Source: an uncultured Acidimicrobiales bacterium (GTDB lineage Bacteria; Actinomycetota; Acidimicrobiia; Acidimicrobiales; SZUA-35). Taken from it: 64,000 nt of DNA. A program made the position numbers and the translations under genes. Below, in pieces: positions 30,626 to 39,699 of the stretch (the first letter of the stretch is position 1; every line of letters starts with the position of its first letter). The stretch covers positions 57 through 64,056 of the forward strand of contig CAWDOA010000010.1 of assembly GCA_963803875.1 (NCBI GenBank), given 5' to 3'. The notes beneath the pieces were generated by a model, which ran no database searches, had not been told where the DNA came from, and saw only the letters and a program-made list of their open reading frames with translations.

Positions 30626-31237
30626 ATGCCATCGACTCTTCACCACTCAGACTCCGACCTCGAGATCCACAAGCTCGTGGTCGGACCGGTGGACAACAAC
30701 GTGTTCGTGCTGCGGTGTCGGCATACCGGTGATGCTGTATTGCTGGATGCCGCCAACGAACACGAGAAGCTGCTTGATCTTTGCACTAACCTCAATGTCC
30801 GGACCGTGCTCGAAACGCACGGCCACTGGGATCACATCGGCGCCGTGACAGAAGTACGTGACGCGGGATACGAGGTGGGGGTCACAGCCGCAGACGCACA
30901 CATGCTGCCCAGTTATGACTATGTCCTCGAGGACGACACAGTGATCGAGGTCGGCCGACTTCGACTACGCACAATCATCACGCCCGGGCACACGCCAGGT
31001 TCGATCTGCTTCAGAGTGGAGGGGAAACCCCTCGTGTTCAGCGGTGACACCCTCTTTCCCGGCGGTCCGGGAGCAACCAAGTTCGAGGGCGGCAACTTCG
31101 ACGACATCATCGAGAGCATCGACCGGAAATTGTTCACGCTTCCACCCGACACAATCGTCATGCCGGGCCACGGCATAGACACAACCATCGGTGTCGAGCG
31201 ACCCAGTTTGCAAGAGTGGATCGACCGCGGTTGGTGA
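30626..31237 (+). CDS. MBL-fold metallo-hydrolase (glyoxalase II-like)
   Basis: ETHGHWDHIG, TPGHTPGS and PGHG are present. Confidence 0.85.
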   Translation: MPSTLHHSDSDLEIHKLVVGPVDNNVFVLRCRHTGDAVLLDAANEHEKLLDLCTNLNVRTVLETHGHWDHIGAVTEVRDAGYEVGVTAADAHMLPSYDYVLEDDTVIEVGRLRLRTIITPGHTPGSICFRVEGKPLVFSGDTLFPGGPGATKFEGGNFDDIIESIDRKLFTLPPDTIVMPGHGIDTTIGVERPSLQEWIDRGW

Positions 31238-31314
31238 AGAATCGCGGGTCTGGTGCTGATCGAAGGCCCATCGGTCGAAGGGCACGGCCAGTCGGGCCTG
31301 CCCGAACAGGACCA

Positions 31315-32595
31315 ATGCAGCCGCTGCATACACCTCAATCCGAAACCGGTGTAACGAACCGACCGGGAGACCCGCTCCACGGCACGACCCGTGACGCGCT
31401 GGCAGTCCCGGCCTTCAGACGTATCTACATGGCCTCGTTCGTTTCGAATGCGGGTCGGTGGATGCAGACGATCGCAGTCGGTGTTCTCGGATGGGAGATC
31501 ACCGGTTCCAATGCGTTCCTGGGGCAGCTCATCTTCGCCCAGTTGATCCCTATGGCCTTCCTCAGCCTCATCGGGGGAAGCCTCGCTGACACCATGAACA
31601 GCCGGATTCTGTTGGTGATCACCCAGATCTGGCAGATGGGCTTCACTCTGTTGCTCGCCGCTCTGCTGCTCGATGGGGAGATCGCCAGGAACACCCTTCT
31701 TGTCGTCGTGTTCATCACCGGCCTCGGCCAGGGGATCTACGCGCCCGTGTTCACTTCGGTTCTCCCCACCCTGGTCGGTCGGGAGAACCTGACAGCAGCG
31801 GTTTCGTTGAATTCGGTTCAAGTGAACGGTGCCAGGATCATCGGGCCGGCAATTGGCGGATTCTTGGTCGCTCGTTTCGGCTACGCCGAAGTGTTCTTCC
31901 TCAACGGCATCACCTACGTCGCCGTGATCGGCGCCGTGCTCATGACCAGCTTTCCTGACCCCGCTACCCTCCGCCGCCCGTTGAAGGATCGTCTGCTGGG
32001 CGGGTTCGTGGTGGCGTCTCGCGCTCCCCAGGTGGGCCGACCACTCCTGCTCATGACTGCGTTCTCGATGTTCTGTCTGCCCTTCGTCGGCCAGCTGCCG
32101 GCTATCGCCGAGGAACAGCTTGGTATCGACGCCGAGTCCACGACCTATGGCTATTTCTACGCCGTTTTCGGCGTCGGTGCCCTGGTCGGTGCGCTCCTGG
32201 TCGGAACAGTGTTGCTGAACCAGAGCAAGCCGGCGATCACCCGTTCAACCCTGGCCCTATTTGGCCTCTCGCTGGCCGGACTGGCAACGGTGTCATCGGC
32301 GCCGCCCGGGTTCGTGATGATCTTTTTCGTCGCCCTCTTCTACTTCGCACTCCCCACGACGCTGAACACGATGTGGCAACAACACGTGAACGACTCGGTA
32401 CGGGGTCGCGTCGCTGCGTTGTGGGTGCTCAGCTTCGGCGGAACGGTCCCGATCGCCAACTTGATTGCGGGGCAGGTTGTGGAGCTGACGAGCCTGCGAA
32501 CGGTGATGCTCTTCGGGGCGCTCACCGCCGCGGCCATGGCCCTTGTTGTGAGGCTTCCCACCGGCGCTGTTGTCGGCGAAGAAATCCTCCTTTGA
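31315..32595 (+). CDS. MFS transporter
   Basis: About 12 predicted hydrophobic helices. The start is taken at MQPLH, and an upstream alternative exists. Confidence 0.8.
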   Translation: MQPLHTPQSETGVTNRPGDPLHGTTRDALAVPAFRRIYMASFVSNAGRWMQTIAVGVLGWEITGSNAFLGQLIFAQLIPMAFLSLIGGSLADTMNSRILLVITQIWQMGFTLLLAALLLDGEIARNTLLVVVFITGLGQGIYAPVFTSVLPTLVGRENLTAAVSLNSVQVNGARIIGPAIGGFLVARFGYAEVFFLNGITYVAVIGAVLMTSFPDPATLRRPLKDRLLGGFVVASRAPQVGRPLLLMTAFSMFCLPFVGQLPAIAEEQLGIDAESTTYGYFYAVFGVGALVGALLVGTVLLNQSKPAITRSTLALFGLSLAGLATVSSAPPGFVMIFFVALFYFALPTTLNTMWQQHVNDSVRGRVAALWVLSFGGTVPIANLIAGQVVELTSLRTVMLFGALTAAAMALVVRLPTGAVVGEEILL

Positions 32596-32670
32596 ACAAC
32601 GGTTGTGACACCGTGCATCAATTGTTCCTACGGTGTTAGGAGAAATTTGCCGTTTCGATAGGCTGTGGTC

Positions 32671-33432
32671 ATGAGCACACCTCTTTTCGAGATCATCGAT
32701 CTTCATGCACGCGTTGCAAGCGAAATCGAAGACGAGGCCACACCGATCCTCAACGGACTCAACCTCACGATCATGAAGGGCGAAGTCCACGTGATCATGG
32801 GCCCCAACGGCAGCGGAAAGAGCACGTTGGCCAACGTCCTTCTCGGCTCACCGGACTACGAGGTCACCCACGGGACCATCAGGTTCAATGGTGACGACAT
32901 CACCGACTGGGGTCCCGATGTTCGCGGCAAAGCCGGCATCTTCTTGGCGTTTCAACATCCCATCGAGGTCGCCGGCGTGAGCGTGCTCAACTTTCTCCGT
33001 CAGGCGCTGAGCGCTCGCAAGGGAATCGACATGAGCGTGCTGGAGCTGAGGCTCTCCTTGATGGAGTGGATGGACACCCTCGGGATGGACCGAAGCTTCA
33101 TGGAACGCTATCTCAACCAGGGGTTTTCCGGCGGAGAGCGCAAGCGCAACGAGATTCTCCAGATGGCGGTGCTCGAACCCGAAATGGCCATCCTCGACGA
33201 AACCGATTCGGGCTTGGACATCGATGCGCTGCGTGTTGTTGGCGAGGGCGTTCAGGCGATCCGGGCCGAAAACGACGGGCTCGGTGCCCTGGCGATCACC
33301 CACCACGAGCGACTCCTCACATTTCTGCAACCAGATGCTGTCCACGTGCTGATCAACGGGAAGATCGTGCACAGCGGGGGGATGGAGATCGCTGAGAAAA
33401 TCGACGCTGACGGTTATGAGAGTTTCCGATGA
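32671..33432 (+). CDS. sufC: Fe-S cluster assembly ATPase SufC
   Basis: GPNGSGKST, NQGFSGGERKRNEILQ, AILDETDSGLD and ITHH are present. The gene is followed by sufS and sufU. Confidence 0.9.
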   Translation: MSTPLFEIIDLHARVASEIEDEATPILNGLNLTIMKGEVHVIMGPNGSGKSTLANVLLGSPDYEVTHGTIRFNGDDITDWGPDVRGKAGIFLAFQHPIEVAGVSVLNFLRQALSARKGIDMSVLELRLSLMEWMDTLGMDRSFMERYLNQGFSGGERKRNEILQMAVLEPEMAILDETDSGLDIDALRVVGEGVQAIRAENDGLGALAITHHERLLTFLQPDAVHVLINGKIVHSGGMEIAEKIDADGYESFR

Positions 33433-34665
33433 GCTCAAACGACTTTGCGGCCCTGAAGAAAGACTTTCCGATTCTCCAGACCGAGCGTCACGGCAGACCG
33501 CTCACCTTTCTGGATTCCGCAGCATCTTCCCAGCGGCCAACCCAGGTCCTCGATGCGATGGACTACACCTACACCCACGCCTATGCGAACGTCCATCGTG
33601 GTGTGTACGGGCTCGCGGAGGCCGCCACCAACGCCTACGAATCAGCTCGCCTCAAAGTCGCTCGCTTCATTGGCGCTCCCGACAGCAGTGAAGTGATCTT
33701 CACCAAGAATGCCACCGAATCGTTGAACCTCGTGGCGTGGAGCTGGGGACGAGCCAACCTCGGTCCCGGCGACGCGATCGTGCTCACGACCATGGAACAC
33801 CATGCCAACATCGTGCCCTGGCAGATGCTGCAAGCTGAAAAAGGCTTCGAAATCCGCTGGATACCTATGGGCCACGACGGCAAGCTCGACCTCTCCGATC
33901 TCGGCTCGATCCTCGACGGAGCCAAACTCCTCAGTGTGACGTCGATGTCGAACGTATTGGGAACGATCAATCCGCTCGAACTGCTCGTCGCAGCAGCCCA
34001 CCAAGCGGGAGCAAAGGTGTGTGTTGATGCGTGCCAGTCGGTTCCTCACATGCCCACCAACGTCGCCGAGCTGCACGCCGACTTCGTTGCTTTCAGCGGA
34101 CACAAAATGCTCGGGCCCACCGGCATCGGTGTGCTGTGGGGACGCATGGACCTATTGGAGAAGATGCCACCGTTCCTCGGCGGCGGTGGAATGATCAGCA
34201 ACGTCACCACCGAAGGCTTCATGCCTGACGCCGTTCCATCGAAATTCGAAGCCGGAACTCCGCCCATCGTGGAGGCGATCGGACTCGGAGCGGCAATCGA
34301 CTATCTCGAGGCGGTAGGGATGGAGGCGGTTCGCAAACACGAAATTGAACTCACCGCCTACGCGCTCCGCACCCTCACCGACCGACTGGGAGACAAGATC
34401 ACCATCCACGGACCTTCCGAACCGGCCGAACGAGGCGGGGTGCTGTCGATCGAACTGGATGGAGTTCATGCTCACGACGTCAGTCAGATTCTCGACAGCC
34501 AAGGCGTCGCCGTCCGTCCCGGACACCACTGTGCGAAGCCGCTGATGAAGGAACTTGGCGTCAACGCCACCGCTCGCGCCAGCTTTCTATCTCTACAACG
34601 ACACTAACGACGTGGATACGCTCGCCGATGCGCTCGTAGAGGCGCATTCATTCTTCGCCATCTAG
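33429..34665 (+). pseudogene. sufS: Cysteine desulfurase SufS, single frameshift at a T-run (34584-34586)
   Basis: ANVHRGVY, FSGHKMLGPTGIG and RPGHHCA are present. Removing one T from agctttctat restores ASFYLYNDTNDVDTLADALVEAHSFFAI with a stop at 34663-34665. Confidence 0.9.
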
Positions 34666-34675
34666 GAAGCACTCC

Positions 34676-35137
34676 ATGTCAAACCTTGAAGATCTCTACC
34701 GAGAGATAATCCTCGACCACTATCGATCGCCGCGGAACTCAGGAACCCTCGACCCCCCCGCCCACAAAGCCGAGGGTTTCAACCCGCTGTGTGGCGACGA
34801 GATCGTCGTGTACCTGCTTCTCGGCGAGGACGGCACTATCGCCGAGATCAAGATCGGCGGACAGGGCTGTTCGATTTCACAGAGCAGTGCATCAATGATG
34901 TCGGCTGCGGTCAAGGGCAAGACCCCCGAACAAGCCCGTGATCTCATGAGCAATTTCAAGAGCCTCATGAGCATTGCCGACAACGGTGCCGACCTTGCCG
35001 AGCCGACCTCGGCAGAGATCCGTCAACTCGGTGACCTCGCCGCCTTGCGCGGGGTGGTGAAATTCCCGACCCGTATCAAATGTGCGACGCTGGGATGGAA
35101 CACCCTGGAGCAGGCGCTGAACGAAATGGGCGCCTGA
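34676..35137 (+). CDS. sufU: SUF-system Fe-S scaffold SufU/NifU-like
   Basis: NPLCGDEI, GQGCSISQSSASMM and RIKCATL are present. Confidence 0.9.
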   Translation: MSNLEDLYREIILDHYRSPRNSGTLDPPAHKAEGFNPLCGDEIVVYLLLGEDGTIAEIKIGGQGCSISQSSASMMSAAVKGKTPEQARDLMSNFKSLMSIADNGADLAEPTSAEIRQLGDLAALRGVVKFPTRIKCATLGWNTLEQALNEMGA

Positions 35138-35160
35138 GACCACCGCCGTCGACGGCCACA

Positions 35161-35190
35161 AAAACCAGAAAAGCCGGCCCTACGGCCGAC
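35161..35190 (-). terminator. Rho-independent terminator-like hairpin plus U-tract for the minus-strand small gene
   Basis: On the minus strand the sequence reads gtcggcc-gtag-ggccggc followed by ttttctggtttt. It lies between the convergent sufU and the 35223-35465 gene. Confidence 0.6.
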
Positions 35191-35222
35191 TTCCCCCGAT
35201 GTCCACCGTGAGCGCTTGCGGA

Positions 35223-35465
35223 CTAACGGCGGCGCCGGCGCCGGGTTGCGTCGGTGCGACGGGCGGTAGCAACAACCGCGGCCAACCGCTCACGGATTGG
35301 TGCCTCAGAAGAATCCGAAGCGAAGTCGAGTTCGTTGGCCAGCGCTTCGAGCACCGCACTCACGCTCACGCCCTCCTGAGCAGCGAAGGTATGCCACCGC
35401 TCGTGGGCGTCGTCGCTCAGATAGGCGTGCAGGGCCTTGCGCTGGGTGATGGTTGTTGTGGTCAT
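35223..35465 (-). CDS. Small hypothetical protein with a ribbon-helix-helix-like pattern and an Arg-rich tail
   Basis: MTTTTITQRKALHAYLSDDAHERWHTFAAQEGVSVSAVLEALANEL fits a strand-helix-helix pattern. The C-terminus is RRTDATRRRRRR. An AT-rich putative promoter lies upstream and a terminator downstream. Confidence 0.45.
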   Translation of the reverse strand: MTTTTITQRKALHAYLSDDAHERWHTFAAQEGVSVSAVLEALANELDFASDSSEAPIRERLAAVVATARRTDATRRRRRR

Positions 35466-35840
35466 GGCGGCATCCAATCTAGATTTCACATTCGTGATCC
35501 GGCGTCTTTACAAATGGTACAAAATTCAATCGGCGTGTGCATGGTCCAACTTGAGGACCGTCGAGCCGACGCCCCTGGTGGCGTATGCGTGAAGCCATGT
35601 CGGTCGCCAGTGCTCAACGTAGACCACCTTGTCCAACCACGGCCCTGTTGTTGATTGGGCGGATCTACACACCGCCGATCGCTCCCAAATCTCGGCTTTG
35701 TCGACCCGACCGACAAGGATCCACGGCCCGCACTCTTGGAGAGCCGAAATTTCGAGGTGCGGCTCACGACCCACGACGTGGGCGGTCTCAGCGATCTGGA
35801 CATCGAGTGGGCCAAGATCGCCGAGCGAGAGGCCGAACGA

Positions 35841-36587
35841 CTAACGCAACAGCGATAGGAAGTCGCGAGGGCGATCCAGGATGCCGAGGTGATGATGGCC
35901 GTCGATGATCACCGTGGTACCCCGTTCAAGAGCACGAGCGAGCTCGTCGACTCCGGCAGCATCGACCTCACTGTCGTGGCTGCCCGCACACACCGTGATC
36001 GGAACCTGTATCTCCGAAGCCATTTCTTCAATGACCGGCTCGGATGTCATCGAGATACGAAAGACGAGACCGAAAGTGACGGGATCGACCTCCGGTAGAT
36101 GTTTCTCGACAAATGCAGCAGAAGCTTGACCGTTGCACCAGCGGTCGACCAACTGGGGAACCACAACGGCAACCGGAGCGGATTCGCCGCTCTCGTCCAC
36201 TCTGGTGACCGCCATGATGATGTCGAGCCACTCGTTGCGCTGTTCGTCGCTGCGCCCATAGGGCACACCGATCACGGCGGCCTCGTCTATCAGGTCAGGG
36301 TGGGCGTTGGCCATGGCCAACGCCACAAGCCCACCCAACGAGTGACCGAGCAGGTGCACCCCGCTGAGTTTGTGGCGAAGGATGAGCTTGCGAACCTGAC
36401 GGACGTAATCGTCAATGTGAAGCGGACGTGATGGGCGTGGGGTCGCCCCGTGGCCCAGAAGATCGACGGTGTAGATCGAAGCCCTTTCGGCGCCGTCCTC
36501 AACGAGTGCGTCGCGAAACCCATCCCACATGGCGGAGGTGAGTCCGGTCCCGTGAAGAAGAACAATCGGGTTCTTGTAGGCACCCAT
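35841..36587 (-). CDS. Alpha/beta-fold hydrolase
   Basis: The nucleophile elbow is LLGHSLGG. An HG-type oxyanion region (VLLHGTG) and a C-terminal GHH are also present. Confidence 0.8.
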   Translation of the reverse strand: MGAYKNPIVLLHGTGLTSAMWDGFRDALVEDGAERASIYTVDLLGHGATPRPSRPLHIDDYVRQVRKLILRHKLSGVHLLGHSLGGLVALAMANAHPDLIDEAAVIGVPYGRSDEQRNEWLDIIMAVTRVDESGESAPVAVVVPQLVDRWCNGQASAAFVEKHLPEVDPVTFGLVFRISMTSEPVIEEMASEIQVPITVCAGSHDSEVDAAGVDELARALERGTTVIIDGHHHLGILDRPRDFLSLLR

Positions 36588-36680
36588 CGGCCAAAAGGGT
36601 ACCGCCGGGTCGTCCCTCCGCCGCCGTAGCCTCGTAGGTCCAATGTCCCGATTCACACTTCGATACCTGCTGACGAACCG

Positions 36681-37244
36681 ATGACCTCAACCTCGACCCT
36701 TGCCGAACGACTTCGTCGGGCCGCCAATTCTGGCGAGCCAATGCGCGATGTGGCTGTGGTCATGAGCGAGTTCATCGACGATGGCGGGCTGGAGTTGGTG
36801 GATGATCCTTTTCATCCGGCGAGAAAGGACTCGGTCGACGGGCTCGTCGCCCAGCTGGCGTGCAGCGATGAAGTCTCCGTGATCCTCATTCGCTCCGCAC
36901 CGGGCCTTGTGCCGGTCCCCCAGCGTCATGAGCTACCTGTTGCTGTTGGGGTCCTTGCCGGCCGACTCGTGGTTGATGTGTATCTCGAAGACGAGGACAC
37001 ACACACCCTGAGCAGCGCCGGTGGAATCGACGTTCTGCCCGAGGAGGTGTATGTCATCGAACCGGATGTGATCCATAACATCCGCTTCATCGACAACGAC
37101 CCGGGCCTGGCGCTCCATGTGATCGTGGGCGACCTGGACACCGTTGAACGAAGCCGCTGGATCGATGGACATCGTGAAGTGCTTGCCCCATCAAAGGCCT
37201 ATCCCCTAACGGCACTACCGATGCCCCCCGCCGCAGCTGGTTGA
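36681..37244 (+). CDS. Hypothetical protein (possibly cupin-like)
   Basis: 187-aa ORF with protein-like composition. No firm motif was recognised. Confidence 0.45.
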   Translation: MTSTSTLAERLRRAANSGEPMRDVAVVMSEFIDDGGLELVDDPFHPARKDSVDGLVAQLACSDEVSVILIRSAPGLVPVPQRHELPVAVGVLAGRLVVDVYLEDEDTHTLSSAGGIDVLPEEVYVIEPDVIHNIRFIDNDPGLALHVIVGDLDTVERSRWIDGHREVLAPSKAYPLTALPMPPAAAG

Positions 37245-37374
37245 GCCCGAACCGGAGCAGCTTGAAACCTCAGACTCCGATTCCCCAAGGGATGCGCTCA
37301 CCACCGACTGAGATTCCGGTCACACCCGCGCTCTCGATGACCTCGCCCCCTCAGTTGGTCGTTACGTTTCAACG

Positions 37375-38586
37375 GTGACCGCGGTTGGAGCCAATCCTCT
37401 CAGAGGGCGAGGACCCAAAGAGCGGTTGGTAACACCCCGTTTTGCGATCATCACTACATCGGCTCTCGGCTACTTCCTCGGACTTGGGATCCTTCTTCCG
37501 ACACTTCCCCGGTATGTCGAGAACGAGCTCGGTGCCAGCACGGTCGAGGTTGGAATCGTTGCTGGCATCTTCGGAGTCTCTGCGGGCCTCATCCGGCCGT
37601 GGCTCGGTCGGCTCGGGGACGCATACGGGCGCCGGATGTTGCTTGTCGTCGGCGCGATCATCAGCGGCACCTCGATCATGCTCTATCCGGTGTGGGCCTC
37701 CATCCCGTTCCTCGTAGGCCTCAGGGTTGTCAGCGGAATCGGCGAGGCTGGAGTGTTCATCGGTGCAGCCGTATCCACCCAGGACTTGGCACCGGATGAC
37801 CGTCGCGGCGAGGCCACGAGCTATTTCAGCCTTGCGGTGTATCTGGGAATCGGTGCTGGTCCGATCATCGGCGAGTTCCTCGATCGGTCCGGCGGTTTCG
37901 ATCGAGTCGCCACGGCAAGTTCGCTGCTGTTGTTTCTGAGTGCCGTGCTCGGATTCGCTGTACCGCCGAACCGCCAGCAAGAGCGCCCGGCGATCCGGCG
38001 CAAGGGATTCCTGCATCCGGCAGCCGTGCTGCCCGGGGTGCTGTTGACACTCAGCTTGGTGGGATTCGTTGGCTACACCACGTTCCTCTCGTTGTACCTC
38101 GACCGACTGGGTGGCGGCCCGGACACCGGAAATGCCGGGCCGGTGTTCTTGCTGTACAGCGCCATCGTTGTTCTCTTTCGGTTGGCGTTCGCCAGTCTTC
38201 CCGACCGCCTGGGCGCACGCCGCTCGGGTGCTCTCGCCTTCATCTTCATCACCGTTGGTCTCGGGATCGTCGCAGCATGGGGATCACTGACGGGGATCTA
38301 CGTAGGCACGGTCGTTCTCGCCCTCGGTGTCGCCTTCAACTACCCGGCCCTTTTCCTTCTGGTGATGGCCAGGACCGAGCCGAGCGAGCGGGGATTCGCC
38401 ATCGCATCGTTCGGCTTCTTCTTCGACACGGCCAGCGCGCTGGGGCCACCGTTGCTGGGCTTCCTGATCTTCACCTTCGGGAACGAGCGGGCTGCATTCG
38501 CCGCCGGCGCACTCACCGCCGCCCTCGGGCTCTACGGGCTGCTTCGGGTGACGTCAGGCGACACTTACAGCGATGCAATCGCCTGA
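37375..38586 (+). CDS. MFS transporter
   Basis: 403-aa ORF with about 12 hydrophobic segments and a GRLGDAYGRR motif in loop 2-3. Confidence 0.8.
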   Translation: MTAVGANPLRGRGPKERLVTPRFAIITTSALGYFLGLGILLPTLPRYVENELGASTVEVGIVAGIFGVSAGLIRPWLGRLGDAYGRRMLLVVGAIISGTSIMLYPVWASIPFLVGLRVVSGIGEAGVFIGAAVSTQDLAPDDRRGEATSYFSLAVYLGIGAGPIIGEFLDRSGGFDRVATASSLLLFLSAVLGFAVPPNRQQERPAIRRKGFLHPAAVLPGVLLTLSLVGFVGYTTFLSLYLDRLGGGPDTGNAGPVFLLYSAIVVLFRLAFASLPDRLGARRSGALAFIFITVGLGIVAAWGSLTGIYVGTVVLALGVAFNYPALFLLVMARTEPSERGFAIASFGFFFDTASALGPPLLGFLIFTFGNERAAFAAGALTAALGLYGLLRVTSGDTYSDAIA

Positions 38587-39584
38587 GCGAAGGCATCGAT
38601 GGTGGTTGTTATGCCGGCGTCGTCGATGTCGAGATGGGTGACCAATCGGTAGGACGGCCCACCCCGCACCACAACACCGGCATCGGAGAGAACCTGGTTG
38701 AAGGCCTCAATCCGGTCCGGGGGCACATCGACAGTGACGAACACCATGTTTGTGGCTCGCGAGGTGACGGTTACGCCATCGACCAGGTTCAGCCCGTCTT
38801 CCAACGCGACCGCCCGATGATGATCATCGGCCATCCGGTCGATGTGATGCTCCAACGCATGTAGTCCGGCTGCTGCGAGAACACCGGCCTGCCGCATGCC
38901 GCCTCCGACCATCTTGCGCCAGCGACGGGCTTCCTCGATGAGCTCAGCCCGTCCCACCAAGACCGATCCCACCGGCGCTCCGAGGCCCTTGCTGAGGCAA
39001 ACCGACACGGTGTCGTAGCCGCGTGCGATACGGGCCGGATCGACCGATTGGGCTACTGCGGCGTTGAACAACCGGGCCCCGTCGAGATGGAGGGACAGGC
39101 CTGCGGTCCGTGCCAGCTCTTGAGCAGAATCGACATAGTCGAGGGGAAGCGCCTGTCCGTCGTGGGTGTTCTCCAACGCCAACAGCTTGGAGTGAGCGAA
39201 GTGGTTCAGGCTGGGCTGAGGTTTGATGTAGGACGCCAACAGCTCCAGGTCCATGGTGCCGTCTGGGTTCATCTCGACCGGCTGGGGTTGGATACTGCCG
39301 AGCACGGCCGCTCCGCCGCCCTCCCATTTGTAGGTGTGAGCCAGCTGACCAACGAGGTACTCGTCACCGCGCTGACAGTGGGCCATGATGCCGATGAGGT
39401 TCGACTGGGTACCGGAGGGAACAAAAACTCCTGCTTGTTTGTCGAGGAGATCTGCTGCGTGTGCTTCCAGCCGGTTGACGGTTGGATCTTCTCCGAACAC
39501 GTCGTCGCCCACCTCAGCGCCAGCCATGGCCTCTCGCATTGACGACGTGGGTTTGGTCATCGTGTCGGATCGCAGATCGATCAT
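38565..39584 (-). CDS. ltaE: Low-specificity L-threonine aldolase
   Basis: MIDLRSDTMTKP, GDDVFGEDPTVN, SGTQSNL, DGARLFNA and the PLP lysine context CLSKGLGAP are present. Confidence 0.85.
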   Translation of the reverse strand: MIDLRSDTMTKPTSSMREAMAGAEVGDDVFGEDPTVNRLEAHAADLLDKQAGVFVPSGTQSNLIGIMAHCQRGDEYLVGQLAHTYKWEGGGAAVLGSIQPQPVEMNPDGTMDLELLASYIKPQPSLNHFAHSKLLALENTHDGQALPLDYVDSAQELARTAGLSLHLDGARLFNAAVAQSVDPARIARGYDTVSVCLSKGLGAPVGSVLVGRAELIEEARRWRKMVGGGMRQAGVLAAAGLHALEHHIDRMADDHHRAVALEDGLNLVDGVTVTSRATNMVFVTVDVPPDRIEAFNQVLSDAGVVVRGGPSYRLVTHLDIDDAGITTTIDAFAQAIASL

Positions 39585-39699
39585 CAGCCGAGAGTATCTA
39601 CAGCGAGGCCTATTTCGTGCCGACAGCTGGAGTGTGAGCGAAGAAACCGCAGCGGCTACGCCCGCGCCAACAGGTCCCGGTTTCGGGCCTGCCTACAGA

